Below are positions 1-16,424 of a stretch of 64,000 nucleotides of DNA, one piece after another. Position numbers and translations under genes: made by a program. Numbering within the stretch: the stretch's first letter is position 1; every line of letters begins with the position of its first letter. The stretch spans positions 146,855,171-146,919,170 of the forward strand of contig NC_052157.1 of the NCBI RefSeq assembly GCF_902713615.1. Direction: 5' to 3'. Origin of the DNA: Scyliorhinus canicula. Lineage: Eukaryota. A model generated the notes under the pieces. That model was not told the origin of the DNA and did not search any database. It worked only from the letters and a program-made list of their open reading frames with translations.

Positions 1-151
1 CAAACGCGTGTTGGGGTCAAAGCAGATGCGCCAGAATTTGCTGTTGAAATAATTCTAATATTCGTGGTGCTTGCTGTTATTTATGAGTAAATGGTACAGC
101 AAGTTGAGGGGAGGAGTGCAGATAAATGTGAATATCCAAAAGTTGCTGCCT

Positions 152-316
152 TACCCACAGGGCCTGAAAGACGTGCCTGTTAGGTGAATTGGGCATTCTG
201 AATTCTCCCTCTTATGTACCCGAACAGGCGCTGGAGTGTGGCGACTAGGGGATTTTCACAGTAACTTCATTGCAGTGTTGATGTAAGCCTACTTGTGACA
301 AAATTATTATTATTAT
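152..316 (+). mobile_element. V-SINE 3' half, tail type B
   Basis: ...ccgaacaggcgctggagtgtggcgactaggggattttcacagtaacttcattgcag...tacttgtgaca + (tta)n; same as 12662, 39088 and 55978 copies. Confidence 0.85.
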
Positions 317-1599
317 CAGTTGCACTAGTTTCTCCATTAGGCTCGTGAACACAGCATTTAGCATTAGCCTGCCTGTTTTACTGTAGTTTCCCATTAACGT
401 TGCAATGGTAAGTCAAGTGTTGTAATTACAATTTAAATTTGTGACCAGCGTTGATGACTGCTAATCAACCTTGCCGCCACCGGAAATTAACCATTGTCAG
501 GAATCTCATTTCTTCAGGTTCTGCATTTCTCAGGGAGATTTAAAAATTTCACATTGTTTTAAAAAAAAAACTTTTTTCCCCCTTATTCAAGGGGAAGAAA
601 AACGTGCTAATTTTTCACAGCATTTCTGGTGAGTTAGAATCCAGCTAAATCAGCCTAGGAAAGTAATCCTGTTCTTTTTTTCCCCCTTTTTTGTCACCTT
701 GTCCTCTCTCAATCCAATCTCTCTGACCCCTCTATTCCTGTTTCTGCATCTGTTTTGACCCTGGATTCGCTCGTTTTAATTCACCCTCCTCTTCAGGCCT
801 TTCTGGTAGTTATTTCCCGATCCTTGAATCTGGTCGGTTGCCCTGGTCACTCATGTCCCTGATTCCACCACGGCACCATTAGCACCTCTCCCCTTCAGCA
901 ACTCTTGTGGGCAATGTTTCTTTGAGCTGCCGTGTACAGAGAGAGGTAAGTGTAACCAACACAAGATGATGTTGACTGTGGGGTTGTAGCAGGTTCAGGT
1001 TTCATCGCCTCTCACCCTAGTCCTGGTGCTGTTTTCTGCCCCAGTAAAACGTAACAATTTTTTTTTTTTGGCTTGCTATTCTAATGATAGGCTTCATACA
1101 GGTCTGTGAGAAGACCACTTGTTATTGGCCATACGTGGATCAGACATGTAGACGTTTATAAAGCCTGTTTCCTCTTCCATTCAGGGCTAGAGCTGGATTT
1201 CTGACAAAAAGTTGGAATCATAGTGATAATGAAGTTGCCAAAGTGTGTCTCAGATATTGCTTGGCTTTAGAACCCGGAATGTTTAACCAAGAATACAATA
1301 AATGTCTGCGCTTGGATGAAAAGGTTTAAGCATCTATCCAAAAACTGCACATAAAAATGATCCTTTAAGAAATGTAATGCACAGCGTGTTTATTTTAACT
1401 TTAACCAGGATAAATTCAGCACAGGAAGCCCGGGCAGTATTAAGGGATGGGTTTGGGGGGGGGGGGGGGGGGGGGGGGGGGGCATTTTAGCAATGGTGGT
1501 AGATATTGATGACCCTGGCAATCGTTTCTTCTTGGGGCTTTAAAAAAAAGCTGTAATTGCTGAGGAGTTGGCACTCTGTTGAACTTGCCTGATATGGAG

Positions 1600-1775
1600 T
1601 AATAATAATAATCGCTTATTGTCACAAGTAGGCTTCAATGAAGTTACTGTGAAAAGCCCCTAGTCGCCACATTCAGGCATCTGTTCGGGGAGGCCAGTAC
1701 GGGAATTGAACCCGCGCTGCTGCCTTGTGCTACATTACAAGCCAGCTGTTTAGCCCACTGTGCTAAACCAGCCCC
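1600..1775 (-). mobile_element. Short tRNA-derived SINE (type D: non-V head plus tail B)
   Basis: Minus strand ggggctggtttagcacagtgggctaaacagc...ggttcaattcccgtac (A/B boxes), then the shared tail with (tta)n; copies at 30488-31265 and 59839-60017. Confidence 0.85.
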
Positions 1776-2779
1776 CAAGTAGCTAAAGATTTAAGGTTAT
1801 ACGTGACTAATAGCAGTGAATAAAGTTCCCTCAGTTCTCTGTCCAAGAATTTTGGGCCTCCTGACCAAAATATGAAGTCAGCCTGTTCCCAGCCTCTCCA
1901 GATACTCCTCCATAATTGGCTACACGCAGTGCGTGTTTTTGTCTTGTCCTTGGTGAGGAAGCAAGCACCTCACATCTGCTCAGTGGCTTCCCTGGATGAC
2001 ATAACTAACATCGGAACTTGCCATGCAGTGAACAGCAGGGAAGAACCTCTGTCCTACTGTTCTGTGGCTCCGCGCCACCAGAACTCCCCACAGTATCCAG
2101 TTCTGCTCCCTGGATGGAAATATTACGCAGCGATTTCCAAAATTGCAGTATGCACATAACTCGTATGATACCATTAAAAATCAGCAAAGTGTGGTCTTGT
2201 ATTACTTGCATTTTTGTTAGTAAACTATCCAAGGACATTCGGAATTTAGTCAAGCAAAGTACCACCAATGGAATATTTCCGTGCAGTTTCTCAAGTGAAA
2301 AGACCTTTCTTGTGACCTTGGTCGTCCTTCGCGCTTGGAAGGAAACTGCAGTCTTTACTTCACTCAGCTGAATATTTTCCTCTTGTGTCTGAATTTCAAC
2401 ATAGGAACAACTTCAAAGCTGCCTGCTGTTTATTTATAGTCTAGGTTTTCTTTTTAGCTGCAGTGGTTTCAGATCACATGCCGTGGGGGGGGGGGGAGAT
2501 CAGGTGAAAATGAATAAGCATCTCTTCGAGAGTTCTCATCTTTCAAAATATGAATAAATTTGATCAAAGTTCCACTTTAATTTTATTTTGTGTTGAAAGC
2601 TTTACTCAGGCATAGTGTGCATGCTCACGGCTCTCCTTGAAATTATGCTCTCCTTAAGGCCTTGTTTTTAAAGGTTTAATGCTTTGAAGGTGAATATGTA
2701 GCTTTTTGCACAATCAAATGTAAGCGAAGTTCTGCATTTTACAGTCTCACGGTAGATTGAACTTTGCTGCAAGGTTGAC

Positions 2780-3190
2780 GGCAGCTTGGGTCAGTTCTTG
2801 GCTTTCTTGCCTCCGGCCGGAAGTTGTGGGCTGAAGTCCCATTATCAGGACCTAGTCACATATTTCAGTATCGTATGAATGCTCCATTGTCATAGGTACT
2901 ATCCTTCAGATGAGGCATGAACTTGAAGTCCTGTGTATTTATTTAAATCGACATTAAAAATCTCGTGGCACCATTTGCAGTGGAACAGGAGGTTCTGTTG
3001 GCCTTTTGGCCGGTATTACCCCTTCAGCCACTGCCGCCAGTAAACCAATATGCTGGTTGTTTGTCTGATTTACTATGTAACCACCATCACAGCACTCCTG
3101 AAGTTGCAAAACATTTTCACATTGTGTTAAATTGCTACATGAGTGCATTTAGTTTAAAACAGCATTGCTCTATTGCCAAGATAAATGCCA
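2780..3190 (+). mobile_element. Old Deu-domain SINE (SacSINE1/AmnSINE1-like), highly diverged
   Basis: aagttgtgggctgaagtccca...ccttcagatgaggcatgaac...taaaaatctcgtggcaccattt resembles the remembered Deu domain and the 37857-38212 copy. Confidence 0.6.
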
Positions 3191-4119
3191 AAAAGATTAC
3201 TTATGGTTTTTGACTTGTAGTGGGCTACGTTACTGAGGCACTTTCTCTTATTGAAGAGCCAATTAGATGGTGTAAATGAGAGGTGAACAAGCTGTTTTAA
3301 TTAGTCGATGAATTTAAAGAGCCGAATAGCTTCCATCATTTGGACCTGGCTTTGTGGTTAGCAGGTTTATGCACGCATTGTTATCATATTTCTTTCTTTA
3401 GCTATTCATGATTTTTTTTGGACTATTTTGTGTGTAATGTTTGCTGGTTATTAGGTCTACCACATTTCCCAGTTCCATCCAGTGAAGAATGCAAGAAGAC
3501 TATGCCAAGCCTACCTGTAGGTGCAACGGGTCTCAGTTCCACTGGGCTTTGTTAAATTGGAGTCTCTCTCTTGGAAACCAGAGTAACGAGGCTTTGCATA
3601 TTTTAAAAACTGTTTTTCCCTCTTGTCTCCCTGCCAGCAGCATGAATTTGGAAAATTGTCCCTTCAGCACACACCCCCAACATGCCTCCCTTATGCATCA
3701 GCACCGTTCAGTTTAATGTTTCGGTCTTGCATATCAGCTATTTTTATAGAATACTGTGGTGAGTTTGTCACCTTCTGGCTGTATTATAGAGTTTAGTGAC
3801 GTTGGTCGAATGTCTTTTGAGGCAGGCAAAAAAAGATTTTCCCGTAAAACTCTTCGTGCTGTTAGAGAGAGCGATACCGTAAAGCCATTGAGTCTGAAGT
3901 AGGCCCCCGAAAGATAGGGATTTCATTTTCAAGGTTAGATTTTAAAATTATGATACTTGGCAAGCAGCCGTTAAATAAGCAGCTCTGAAACAAACATTGA
4001 AGAAAATTTGACATGGGCAACATTTGTCACCATTAACTGAGAAGATTGGGAAAATATGTACTGTAAATTATTCCCTGTTTGCCTTTAATACTGGAGGGTA
4101 AGGGAGAACGACTGTGTTT

Positions 4120-5100
4120 TACTTAAAATTCTAAAAGTACACCTGGAAACACTGGAGTGCATCAGAATATGAGCGTCACTGAACTGGACCAGCCATATAA
4201 ATACTGTGACCGAAAGCTCAAAGGCTGGGAATTCTTCAGCGAACAACTTATCTCCTGATTCCTCAAAGTCTGTACATAGAATCATAGAATTTACAGTGCA
4301 GAAGGAGGTCATTCGGCCCATCGAGTCTGCACCGGCCCTTGGAAAGAGCACCCTACCCAAGCCTACACCTCCACCCTATCCCCGTAACCCAGTAACCCCA
4401 CTAAACCTTTTGGACACTCAAGGGGCAATTTAGCATGGCCAGTCCACCTAACCTGCACATCTTTGGACTGTGGGCAGAAATTGGAGCACCCGGAGGAAAC
4501 CCACGCAGAGAGGAGAACATGTAGACTTCGCAGAGACAGTGACCACGTGGGAATCGAACCTGGGACCCTGGAGCTGTGAAGCAACAGTGCTATCCACTGT
4601 GCTACTGTGCCACCCGTTCACAATGTACAAGAGACAGATTGGGAGTGCAATGGAATACTCGGCACTTGCTTGGATGAATGCAGTTCCAACAACACTCGAG
4701 AACTTTGACATCCACCCAAAGCAGCTAGCTTGATTAACAACCCCTCCACCTCTGGCACACAGTGGCAGCAGTGAATGCCTTCTGCAAGATGCACCGTAGC
4801 AATTCGCCAAGGCTCCTTCTATGGCACCTTCCAAACAGGTGATCTATGCTGTCTAGAAGAACATGTGCAGCAGGCGCATTAAAACGCCACCTACACTACC
4901 TTCAAGTCACACACTATCCTGACTTGGAGCCACATTGTTGTTCCTTCACTGTCATTCGGTCAAAATCCTTCAAATCAACTCCTTCTCCAAAAGCACAGTG
5001 GGTGTACTCTCCATATAGACTGCAATGGTTCAGGAAAGTGGCTCACCATCACTGACTTGAGGATAGTTGCCAGCGACCCTGTCATTCTATGAATGAATAG
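4120..5100 (+). mobile_element. CR1-superfamily LINE 3' fragment (second family), split by a V-SINE
   Basis: TMYKRQIGSAMEYSALAWMNAVPTTLENFDI is RT C-terminal-like; same family at 5340-5710, 33010-34200(-) and 51640-52370(-). Confidence 0.7.
4275..4609 (-). mobile_element. V-SINE (HE1-like), CR1-type tail A
   Basis: tRNA head, V domain (gtgggtttcctccgggtgctcc), tail gcagactcgatgggccgaatgacctccttctgcactgtaaattctatgattctatg. Confidence 0.92.
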
Positions 5101-5504
5101 AAAATAAAATGATCAAGAGTTAGTGCAGGTTTCTGTCACACCTGGTTGATATTTTAATAAGGTGAGTGGTACCTCTCTGGATAACTATATGAATTAGAAC
5201 CTTTAAAATAGCAATCCATGGAAGAAATGGGAGTCTTTAACAGATGAACACTGATTGACTGAAACTATTAACTGTCCAGGTTGGAAATGAGCCAAAATAT
5301 TAATCACTTTGTTGTTGTACACGAATTGCATGCACAGGCCCCTTGACTGTTCCACCAGATACATGAAGCAGATACAGGGGAACGCCACCATCTGGACATT
5401 CTCCTCCAAGCCACTCTGACTTGGAAATATATAATTGTTTCTTCATTGTCGCTGGATCAAAATCCTGGAATTCCTTCCCTAACAATACTGTGGTTGTACC
5501 TATG

Positions 5505-5645
5505 CCGGGTAAAGTCGTCACAATTCCAGATGACCATAGGCTGCTTTACCATTTGAGGGGGAGAGCTGTCTGGTGATGATTTAACCCGAGGGTCGCCACA
5601 CCTCAGGCGGGGGGGGAAAGTTGAGAAGGCGGGCCTTTATGAATG
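5505..5645 (-). mobile_element. tRNA-SINE type E, 3' part, inserted in a LINE 3' fragment
   Basis: Matches body of 27332-27545; flanked by accta/accta. Confidence 0.7.
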
Positions 5646-5949
5646 ACCTACACCACATGGACTGCAGCAGTTGAAGAAGCCAGCTCACTGCTACCTTCTC
5701 AAGGGGCAATTGTGATACCACTCTCTGGAGTGAGATGACACTCGCCACAGGCTTTCAGGAGAGAGAAATAGTCAATTCAAGTCAGCCTTTCTGTAGAGAG
5801 TTAGCAGAGACGTGGCTCCTGTCTTCCTCTAAGATAGCCTTTCAGGCGTTCGGAGTAGTCGACCTGTGCTTGAGCATTCGGCAGTGCTCTCCTATGGCCA
5901 TATTGCTGGGATGTGTATTAGCAAATTTTGTGGTAATACATTACCATAA

Positions 5950-6141
5950 AACCATAGAATTCCTACAGTGCAAAAGGAGACTATTTGGCCCATTGGGTCT
6001 GCACCAACAATCTGAAAGAGCTCCCTATCTAGGCCCACTCCACTATCCTAGCCCCGTAACCCCACAGACAGTTACCCAAGGCTGGAATTGAACCCGGGTC
6101 CCTGGCGCCGTGAGACAGCAGTGCTGGCCACTGTGCTGCCC
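5950..6141 (-). mobile_element. V-SINE derivative lacking the V domain (head fused to tail A)
   Basis: tRNA head joined directly to the CR1-type tail. Confidence 0.75.
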
Positions 6142-6799
6142 TAAATTTTTCCCTGAGGATTTTCTCACTGGATAAATGGCTGACTCCTACTTTGTGACTT
6201 ATTGATGAGATGTCGGCAGCTGCGTAGAATGGAGATGGGAGTTCACATTTTACTCTTAGCTGTGCTCAGAATGAAGAAATAGTGGTAATGTTGGAACTAG
6301 TAAGATCGGGGCTCTTGGATAAAATCAGTGTAAAATAAAAACAAATTGATGAAATGGGTTATTAAAACAAAATGTTTACTCGTATGTGGCAGTTGTTGCA
6401 CTTAATATACACTAAATACTTGAGTTATATTGGAGGCAAACACCAAGTTACTTTTCCAGATTAACTGCTGGTAATTGTTGCCAGACTTGTCTTTCACTAG
6501 TTCCTTTGTGTGCCAGTGGCATCGCCCGTCTATTTTATGAGCGTGGAGAGAGATTAATCTATTGTGTCGCATTGTCCCTTCCACTACAGTGGGGCCTGTG
6601 CTCCAGGTTTGGTTTGGTTGAAAAGAATTCCGTTTATTTTGGATGGGATTATACATATTAAGAAAATCTGGACAAATGCTTACGAGCCTGCCCGTATTTC
6701 CCTCTCTGTGAATTCAAATAAGCTTACTTTGAGAGTGTTTACTGTATAAATCAAAGCAGCATCCGGGGTTGCATATGGAAAATGAAGCTTAACTTTCAC

Positions 6800-7050
6800 A
6801 CATAGAATCATGGAATTCACAGTGCAGAAGGAGGCCGTTTGGCCCATCACGTCTGCACTGGCCCTTGGAAAGAACACCCGACTCAAGGCCACACCTCCAC
6901 CTAACCTTTTTGGACACTGAGCCCTGTAACCCAGTAACCCCTCCTCACCTTTTTGGACACTAAGGGGCAACTTTGCATGGGCAATCCACCTCACCTGCAC
7001 ATCTTTGGACTGTGGGAGGAAACCAGAGCACTCCAGAGGAAACCCACGTA
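6800..7050 (-). mobile_element. 5'-truncated V-SINE, tail A
   Basis: Part of the V domain plus CR1-type tail. Confidence 0.85.
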
Positions 7051-8411
7051 GATTTTTGCATTGCATTTCATTTTAATGTAAGTTACTGGATATTCTGGTA
7101 CATCGATGAGCAAAGCTTATCTTAAAGGTGGGGGAGTGCTTTTCAGAGGTTTTCAAACAGTAATGAATGTTTTCTGATTTTTTTTGGGTTATTCACAAAA
7201 AAAATGTAACATTCAAACAAATTGAGACAGTGGAGCTCAAGATTTACACGTACCACTGCTTGAAATGTTTCCATAATTTTGTTACTTTAAGATGTGACAT
7301 CTCTTCTCTCTCAGGCACTCCCTCTGGGTTGAGGATGATTTGCGTCCGCACTAAAAATATGTTCTCAGGTGACTGCGGAGTCCAGTGGGCGACCTACAGT
7401 CTCTGTCACAGGTGGGGCAGACGGTGATTAGAGGAGGGGTTGGGTGGGGTAAGGTGAGTGGGTTGCGATGGGTGGGGTCCAGAGGGGCTCCTTTCGCTGT
7501 CGAGGCTTGGCTTCAGCTTCCTCTCGCCCAGGAAACTCGAGGGATTCAGCTCCTTCCCGGATGCAGCCTTGGGACAGGGATTTCTAGGTGTTGGTGTTTG
7601 TGGGGTGTGTTGCACTTTATTCAAGAAGATTTTAGTTCCACTCCGCGAGGAACTTGCTGAAGGTGAGATAGTGCATTGCAGCAAGAAAGACCGAGAAAAG
7701 TGTCAATGCCACGACACAGCCTTGCTTCATCCCAGTCCGAATGTGATTTGGGTCTCTGGTGGATTTGTTACTCAGGATCACAGTTTGCATGTCATTGTAG
7801 AGCCGGCGAAGGATGGTAACAATCTTTTGGGGGCAGCTGAAATGGAGGATGGCCTGTAATGCCTTGCAGTTGACAGTGTCGAAGGCCTTTATGAGGTCAA
7901 AGAAGGCCATGTACAAGGGTTGGTGCTATTCCCTACATTTCTCTTGTAGTTGCTGCATGGTGAAGATCATGTGTGTTGTGCCCTTTAGTGCAGTCATTTT
8001 CAAAGTCAGGGTCGTGGGCAGGTTTCGGGAGTGTCGCGGGGCCATGTGTTGCAGCATTCCCAATCGCGGGAAGTAGTGCCCAATTGCTGCAGCGGCTTTT
8101 AAAAACACCAGCTGCGACCTGCTTTTAAAAATAACGGCTGCAATCGGCTTTCAGAATGCAGGCCGTGCTGCGCATGCATGCCCATTCATCAGTGCGCAGG
8201 GCCGGAGCCCAGCGGGAAAGACCACCTCTTCCTGATGTCGGCGCGTTGACCCAGGAGAAGGTTTTTTTTTAAATTGATGCAGTCTTCCTGCCTGAAGCAA
8301 TGGCAGAGAACAGGTCACGCGCCCCGAACACTGACGTCATGTGCGCTGGGCACGAGAGTCTTTCCTCCATTTTGTGAGCAGCAAGCAAGCAATGGGATTG
8401 AAGGATTTAAA

Positions 8412-10635
<2,224 letters not shown>

Positions 10636-12661
10636 AGGTAAGAGAAAACGATGGGTCACAAAGGTTCTTCAGGTGTTGGTCCCAAAGGATGTCCGGTTGG
10701 TAACAATGGGCAAAAAAATTTGAAAAACATAGCTTTGGTGGGTGGAATCTGCATTCTGACTCTGGAAGAAGCTCTGTAGCCACTAACAGAAGGCGATTAA
10801 GGAAGATTTTTTCATTGACCTTCCCTGTGGCCGACAGCAGGGAAATTCCTCTATAGCTAGTGCAGTCGGACTTGTCACCTTTCTTAAAGATGGTCACGAT
10901 TACGGCGTGTCTCCTCCTGCCAGATAAGAAAAACTTCAGTCATGTATTTGTGGCAATAGTGCTTCTCAGCCATGATTTAGTGCTTCAGCGGGGATTCCAT
11001 CTGTTCCAGATGCCTTTTTGTTCTTTAGCTGTTGAATGACCTTTTCTACCCTGTGGCGAGTTGGGGGTGTTCTGAGATGGCGGTGGGTAGCATGCTGCAG
11101 GATGGAATAGAGGGCATTCGTGTTGAAGACAGGGTCTCTGTTAAGGAGGTCTTTGAAGTGCTTCATCCAGCAGGACTGACTGCCTCTCTATTCTTGCTGA
11201 GTACCGTTCCATTCTGCCTAACAGTGGTGTAGGGCCCTGGGTGCTTGGACTGTAGGTGGTCTAGGCTGCCCTAAAGAAACCTTGTGCATCATGGTTGTGA
11301 TATGAACATATGAATTAGAAGCAGGAGTAGGCGACTCAACCCCTCAAGCCTGCTTCGCCATTCAATAATTTTAACCTCAACTCCACATTCCTACGTACCC
11401 CCAAGAACCTTTTAAAAAATCTATCTACCTTTGCCCTGAAGCATTTTATAGCCATTGAGATACGTTTAAAGTGTCTTCACTGATGTGATGTAGAACTGTA
11501 AATATCCTGCGCTTTCTCCACCCACCATCTGTTCTTTCGTTCGCGGGATTTTTGCTGGGCCTCAGCCTTCAGCTGTCTGTGGAGCTGCTTGCTTGATCTA
11601 GAGTTGAGCGGCTGTTTCAGGTTCAGAAACGCCTTGCGTTTGTGGCTCATCAGCTCTTGGGTCTCCTGGTCATTCTCATTGAACCAGTCTTTGGTGTTTC
11701 GTGGCCAAATGACTAAGCAACTCTTCACCGATACTGGTTATGGAGGCAGGAGGGCAGACCAGGCACTATGGACATTGTGTCTCTGGATCACTAGGAGTGG
11801 TCGGGTTGGCAGTGTGATGCTGGCTGAATCGGGCTCTCTTACCTGGGTCTTCGAATGCCTGCAGCATTGTTTCTGTTGCCGTCACTGATTTGGGGCTACG
11901 TTGATGTTGAGTTGATGTTGAATTGATGTTGAGCACAGAGCAAATTAAATGATGGGCCATCCAGCAATCATCGGCACCTGTCATGGCGCGGGTGCTACGG
12001 ACGTCTTAGCGGCCCCTCACTCAGTTGAGCAGGTGCCAGTTCTTCGAGCGAGGGTGTTACCAAAGGCCTTGTCCATGTCTCTCTGACAGAACAACGTGTT
12101 TGTTATAACGAGGCTGTGTTTTCAATGTTTTGTCAGGAGCATGGTACCGTTGGTGTTGCATTCCCCTGCGCGTCTCTGCCGATTGCATCTTCCCAGAGGT
12201 CTGTGTCCTTTCCAACCCTGGTGTTGAAGTCTCCAGGGAGGATCAGCTTTTCGCTCGTTTGCCCTCGGCCAAGGATTGTCCGAGGCTGGAGTAAAATTCT
12301 TCTTTGGACTCATTTGTAGCTTTCAGTGTTGGGGCGTACACATTGAGACTGTAGCGGACTAGGTCTGGACTAGGGTGAGCTGAAGCATCATGAGGCGTTC
12401 ATTTATTCCACAAGGGGAGTCTCTGAGGAGGCCAACTAGTTTGATTTTAATGGTGAAGCCAAACCCATGGAGAGAGCGATCAATAGAAGGCATAACCACC
12501 ACTTTGTTCCTTCATTTGGTCTTCCCTTGCCCCGGGTCTCACTTGGGATGTGATGGCAATATCAAAATGCCTGAGCTCCCAGACAACAATAGCAATACGC
12601 TGTTCCAGTCTGTTGCAGTTGGGATTGTCCATGAAGGTCCTGATGTTCCGGTCCCGACCTT

Positions 12662-12966
12662 CACGGTAGTGCAGTGGTTAGCACTGTTGCTTCACAGTGA
12701 CAGGAACCCGGGTTTCATTCCCGCTTGGGTCACTGTCTGTGTGGAATCTGCATGTTCTCCACGTGTCTGCGTGGGTTTCCTTCGGGCGCTCCGGTTTCCT
12801 CCCACAATCCTGAAAGACGTGCTTGTTAGGTGAATTGGACATTCTGAATTCTCCCTCTGTGTACCCGAACAGGCGGCGGAGTGTGGCGACTAGGGGATTT
12901 TCACAGTAACTTCATTGCAGTGATAATGTAAGCCTACTTATGACACTAATAAAGATTATTATCATT
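12662..12966 (+). mobile_element. V-SINE, tail type B
   Basis: Head, V domain and tail B ending aataaagattattat. Confidence 0.9.
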
Positions 12967-13714
12967 AAGCCTCTGCCTGATTATTTTCCTTCCCAGCTTC
13001 TAAGAACTCCTTCAAAACCTACCTTTATAACCACGCATTCATACAACTCTTCTAACTCTAATTACTTCTCAGTCCCTATTCACATTTATGTCCAGTTCTT
13101 TGAGACATTTTATTATGTCAGAGGCACCTTAAGGAAAATATAATTTGTTGTTACACAAGAGGGTTCCCTCCAGCACAGATACTGGTTCCCCAGCATACAA
13201 GCAATAACTTGTGCATTGATGGAGAATGGTTTCCTCCCTTGTTAACCGCAGGGTGTAAAGCCAAAGGTAATATTAAAGGGTGTTCCAATCTTTCTTTTAC
13301 AAATAAATGTGTTTTGTACATTAAGCATTGTAAAACAAGGATATGGAATGAACAGCATACCTTCACAAAATTCTACAGTTTTGATTTTCCAATCGAGATG
13401 GGCGTGCAGTTTGATTAACCAGTGGGCTTCACAGGAGATGGGTTCTCCTATCTTTTAGTTCATGTTCTGGCACATAATTTCTGATAAAGATTTAAAGGAC
13501 CGATTTGTTTTTGATTGAGCAGATAGATAACAGATTTCTTTAAAGGACATGTAGTATAAATGTAACTCTGTTAAAATGGTAGAGACCTTGGATTTTAGGT
13601 ACTCAATCTTTACAAGTGGGAGAACATATTGATACTTTTTTTTTTACAAATCGAGAAACTCATTATTTTTATACCCGGTGCCTGTATTTTTTTAATGTGG
13701 TAACACTAAACCCA

Positions 13715-14227
13715 TACACATCACAGTTAGAATATTGTGACCAGTTTTGGCCTCCTTACTTTAGGAATGAAGTCAAGGCCGTGGCGAGCTTGTAAAAGAA
13801 GTAGCCAGAGATGATGTCAGGGATACAAGTCTTCAATTCTGACAAGGCACTGGAAAAAGAAAAGTTTTTTTTCATTTGAATAAAGAAGGCTGAGAGTGGA
13901 TCTGATTGAGATGTTCAAAATTGTGAGGGGTTTTGATGAGGTAAATCAGAAAACGTTCCTGTGAGTTGGTCAGTCTTTAGCTGGAGGCCATGTATTTATC
14001 ACACCCAGAGAGTAAAGGCATAGATTGAGAAAATAATTTTTACACTGAGGATTGATATGAATGGAATGCCAAAACAGTTGTGGAAGCAGTGCGCGTAATA
14101 GCTTTTGAAAGATAAATGGATAACTTTGGGGAATGAAATGACGGAAGGACAGGAGAGTAAATTTAACACGGCTCTTTCGAGTTGATAAAGGTACAGTGCG
14201 CCAAGTGGTTTCTTACTGTGTCGTATT
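13715..14227 (+). mobile_element. Old CR1 LINE 3' end
   Basis: Degenerate EYCxQFWPPY...RLRVDLIEMFKIVRGFD followed by a CR1-like 3' UTR. Confidence 0.75.
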
Positions 14228-14232
14228 CAATA

Positions 14233-14808
14233 TTTTCCCCGCTTCCGGACTGTGATAGAAAGATGCAAACATGATTCATTAGGTAAGCAAAACTAAGCTT
14301 TATTTACGAATTAGAACTGACTGCTAGCAGTAATGGCTGAGACTTGAAGTCGGAAAGCAGTCAAGTACAAACTGCTGAGTCCGTCCCCAGGCTGCGATAT
14401 TACAGAAGAATAAGGCGATTTTTATACATTATAGGATCAAGATAACATGAATACAGTTTGGTCAGGAATTTGATCAAAAGTAAAACATAAGTAATAATCA
14501 TTACAATGGCGTCACCTTGCTGACCTTTAGGGGACTGGGGTCTCATATCATTATCTTGTCTTTATTTTAAGAGAAGGACAAATTTGTTAAAGTACAGGAA
14601 GAGACAGTTTTTTAGCTTATCGTATATATTTAGACTGGCCTGGTCTCATGACGAACGCGTCTTATCCGAGTTTTAGAGTCGGCCAGTTCTCAGGTCAAGT
14701 TGACCTCGGCTGTTTGTATCTGTGCCTTAGGTTATGTGAAGTCAGTTTAAATTTAATTGTACCAAGAAACTTGACTAGTTTTCCCATCATGCCATTATTT
14801 GCTTCACA
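14233..14808 (-). mobile_element. Probable solo LTR (about 576 bp)
   Basis: 5-bp TSD caata (14228-14232 / 14809-14813); minus strand begins TGTGAA and has TATAAAA (about 14420) then AATAAA (about 14300); the 3' terminus is not CA. Confidence 0.55.
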
Positions 14809-16424
14809 CAATACCACAACTGCACTGTCATGTCACATTTAATATTCTGTGAAACTTAGGTTTGGGGGCGTTCATGTGGTTTGCAAGGCTATCCTGAAAA
14901 TGAGTCATTTGGATAAACCCTTATTGGATAGTGGACTGAAAGTGGAGGGTAATGTGAAATGTGGTCATTTGGGGGAGGATTCCTTCTAGTCCCTGTTAGT
15001 GACGTTCCCAAAGCAGTGGAAAATTTCCGTTGTGCAATATTGCAAAAGGCCAGATCTGCTATTTTGCTAGAAATAGCAGAGGAAATTTCCTATTATATTT
15101 ATGTTGTTGTTGGCACAGAGTGAGCAGAGAATATTTATTTCTACCCGTCCCCGCCACCCCTCCCCCAACCCTCCCGATCGCACCATATTTTCCATGAGAT
15201 AGTCCGTTGTACTGTGATATTTATAAAGCAGTCCAGCATATTGATTAAGTCAAAACCATCCTTGATGATGGCTCCTTTGCGCAGATTTTGCATTCCAATT
15301 CTTGCACAAATGGCAGCATCTGTTTTTTTGCAAGTGGCTGCATAGTTTCTGGCTGTGGAACTGTGCCAGCTTTGGGTCCAGCTGCTTTTAGATTGAAGAC
15401 CAGATAGTTTGCCCAAGGCCTTAATCATATTCTCATATGCAGCCGCATACAGGCCAAGACTACAGTTTTTATTGGATCAATTATTTTGCCTTCAGGACTG
15501 TTGTTATTTTTATTTAGTTAGAAACAGATGCTTTTTTCAGTTGACTATTTCTATCCGCTGCCAATTTTAAAAGAACACCTGCTTTTTCTTATTAAAGAAA
15601 TGTTATTTCCTGAATTAACCCCATCTCCGACAGCAAGACCAGGAGTGGCCTTGCTACAATTCCCCAACGTGGCAACAGGTGGCTTCAGCAGTTGCAGATA
15701 CCCTTATTTCCACGCGTAGGTTCTATTTTCTATCATTTTAAAGTGTATAATAATAAACTTTGATACAGCTGTTTAGTAGTGAGACACTTGGGAAGGTTTT
15801 TTTTTAATTGACTTGGTGCTGGCATTGACCTGAGTGAGCAAGTCTGCAGCCAAACAGGTAACTGCTTTGATTCTAAAATTGTCTGGTCATTGATGTTGGC
15901 ACAACCCAATGCAGTTTTGGGGGCTTTTTTAGTTTTAATTTTTTGTCTCTCTCTCTCAGCAATTTTCTCTCCCTTCTTCTCGGTTGTTGGCTTTTACTCC
16001 ATTCCAAGGATAAGCGGCCATATCTCCTCCTTTCCTCGCGTGTGAACACATTCGACCAAACATTTTCAGTCAGGTTCATGAGTGGCGGTTAGCTGCCTGG
16101 CCAAAACCTAACGTGCCCTCACTCACTCTTGCTCATTTCCAATGGGATTGATGTGTGCTGATCAGAAGTGGCAGCCAGTTTTCAGCTCCCTTTCCCAGAG
16201 GCATTGAAGTCAATTGTAGCATCTCTACAGTCGCCCATGTTTCAGAGTTAGCTTGGTGTGGACTAGCAGTTGAACTTTATAACTTTCTGGTCTATATGAC
16301 CAAGTTACTCAGTGGATCAGAGTCCATGGGTAGAAATTGGTCATAGTTGTGCACAGTTTCAGGGTTAAAAATCTCAAATTAAGCGATGAGAGATACCAAC
16401 CATCTCTGGCACAGTAGCAATTAA

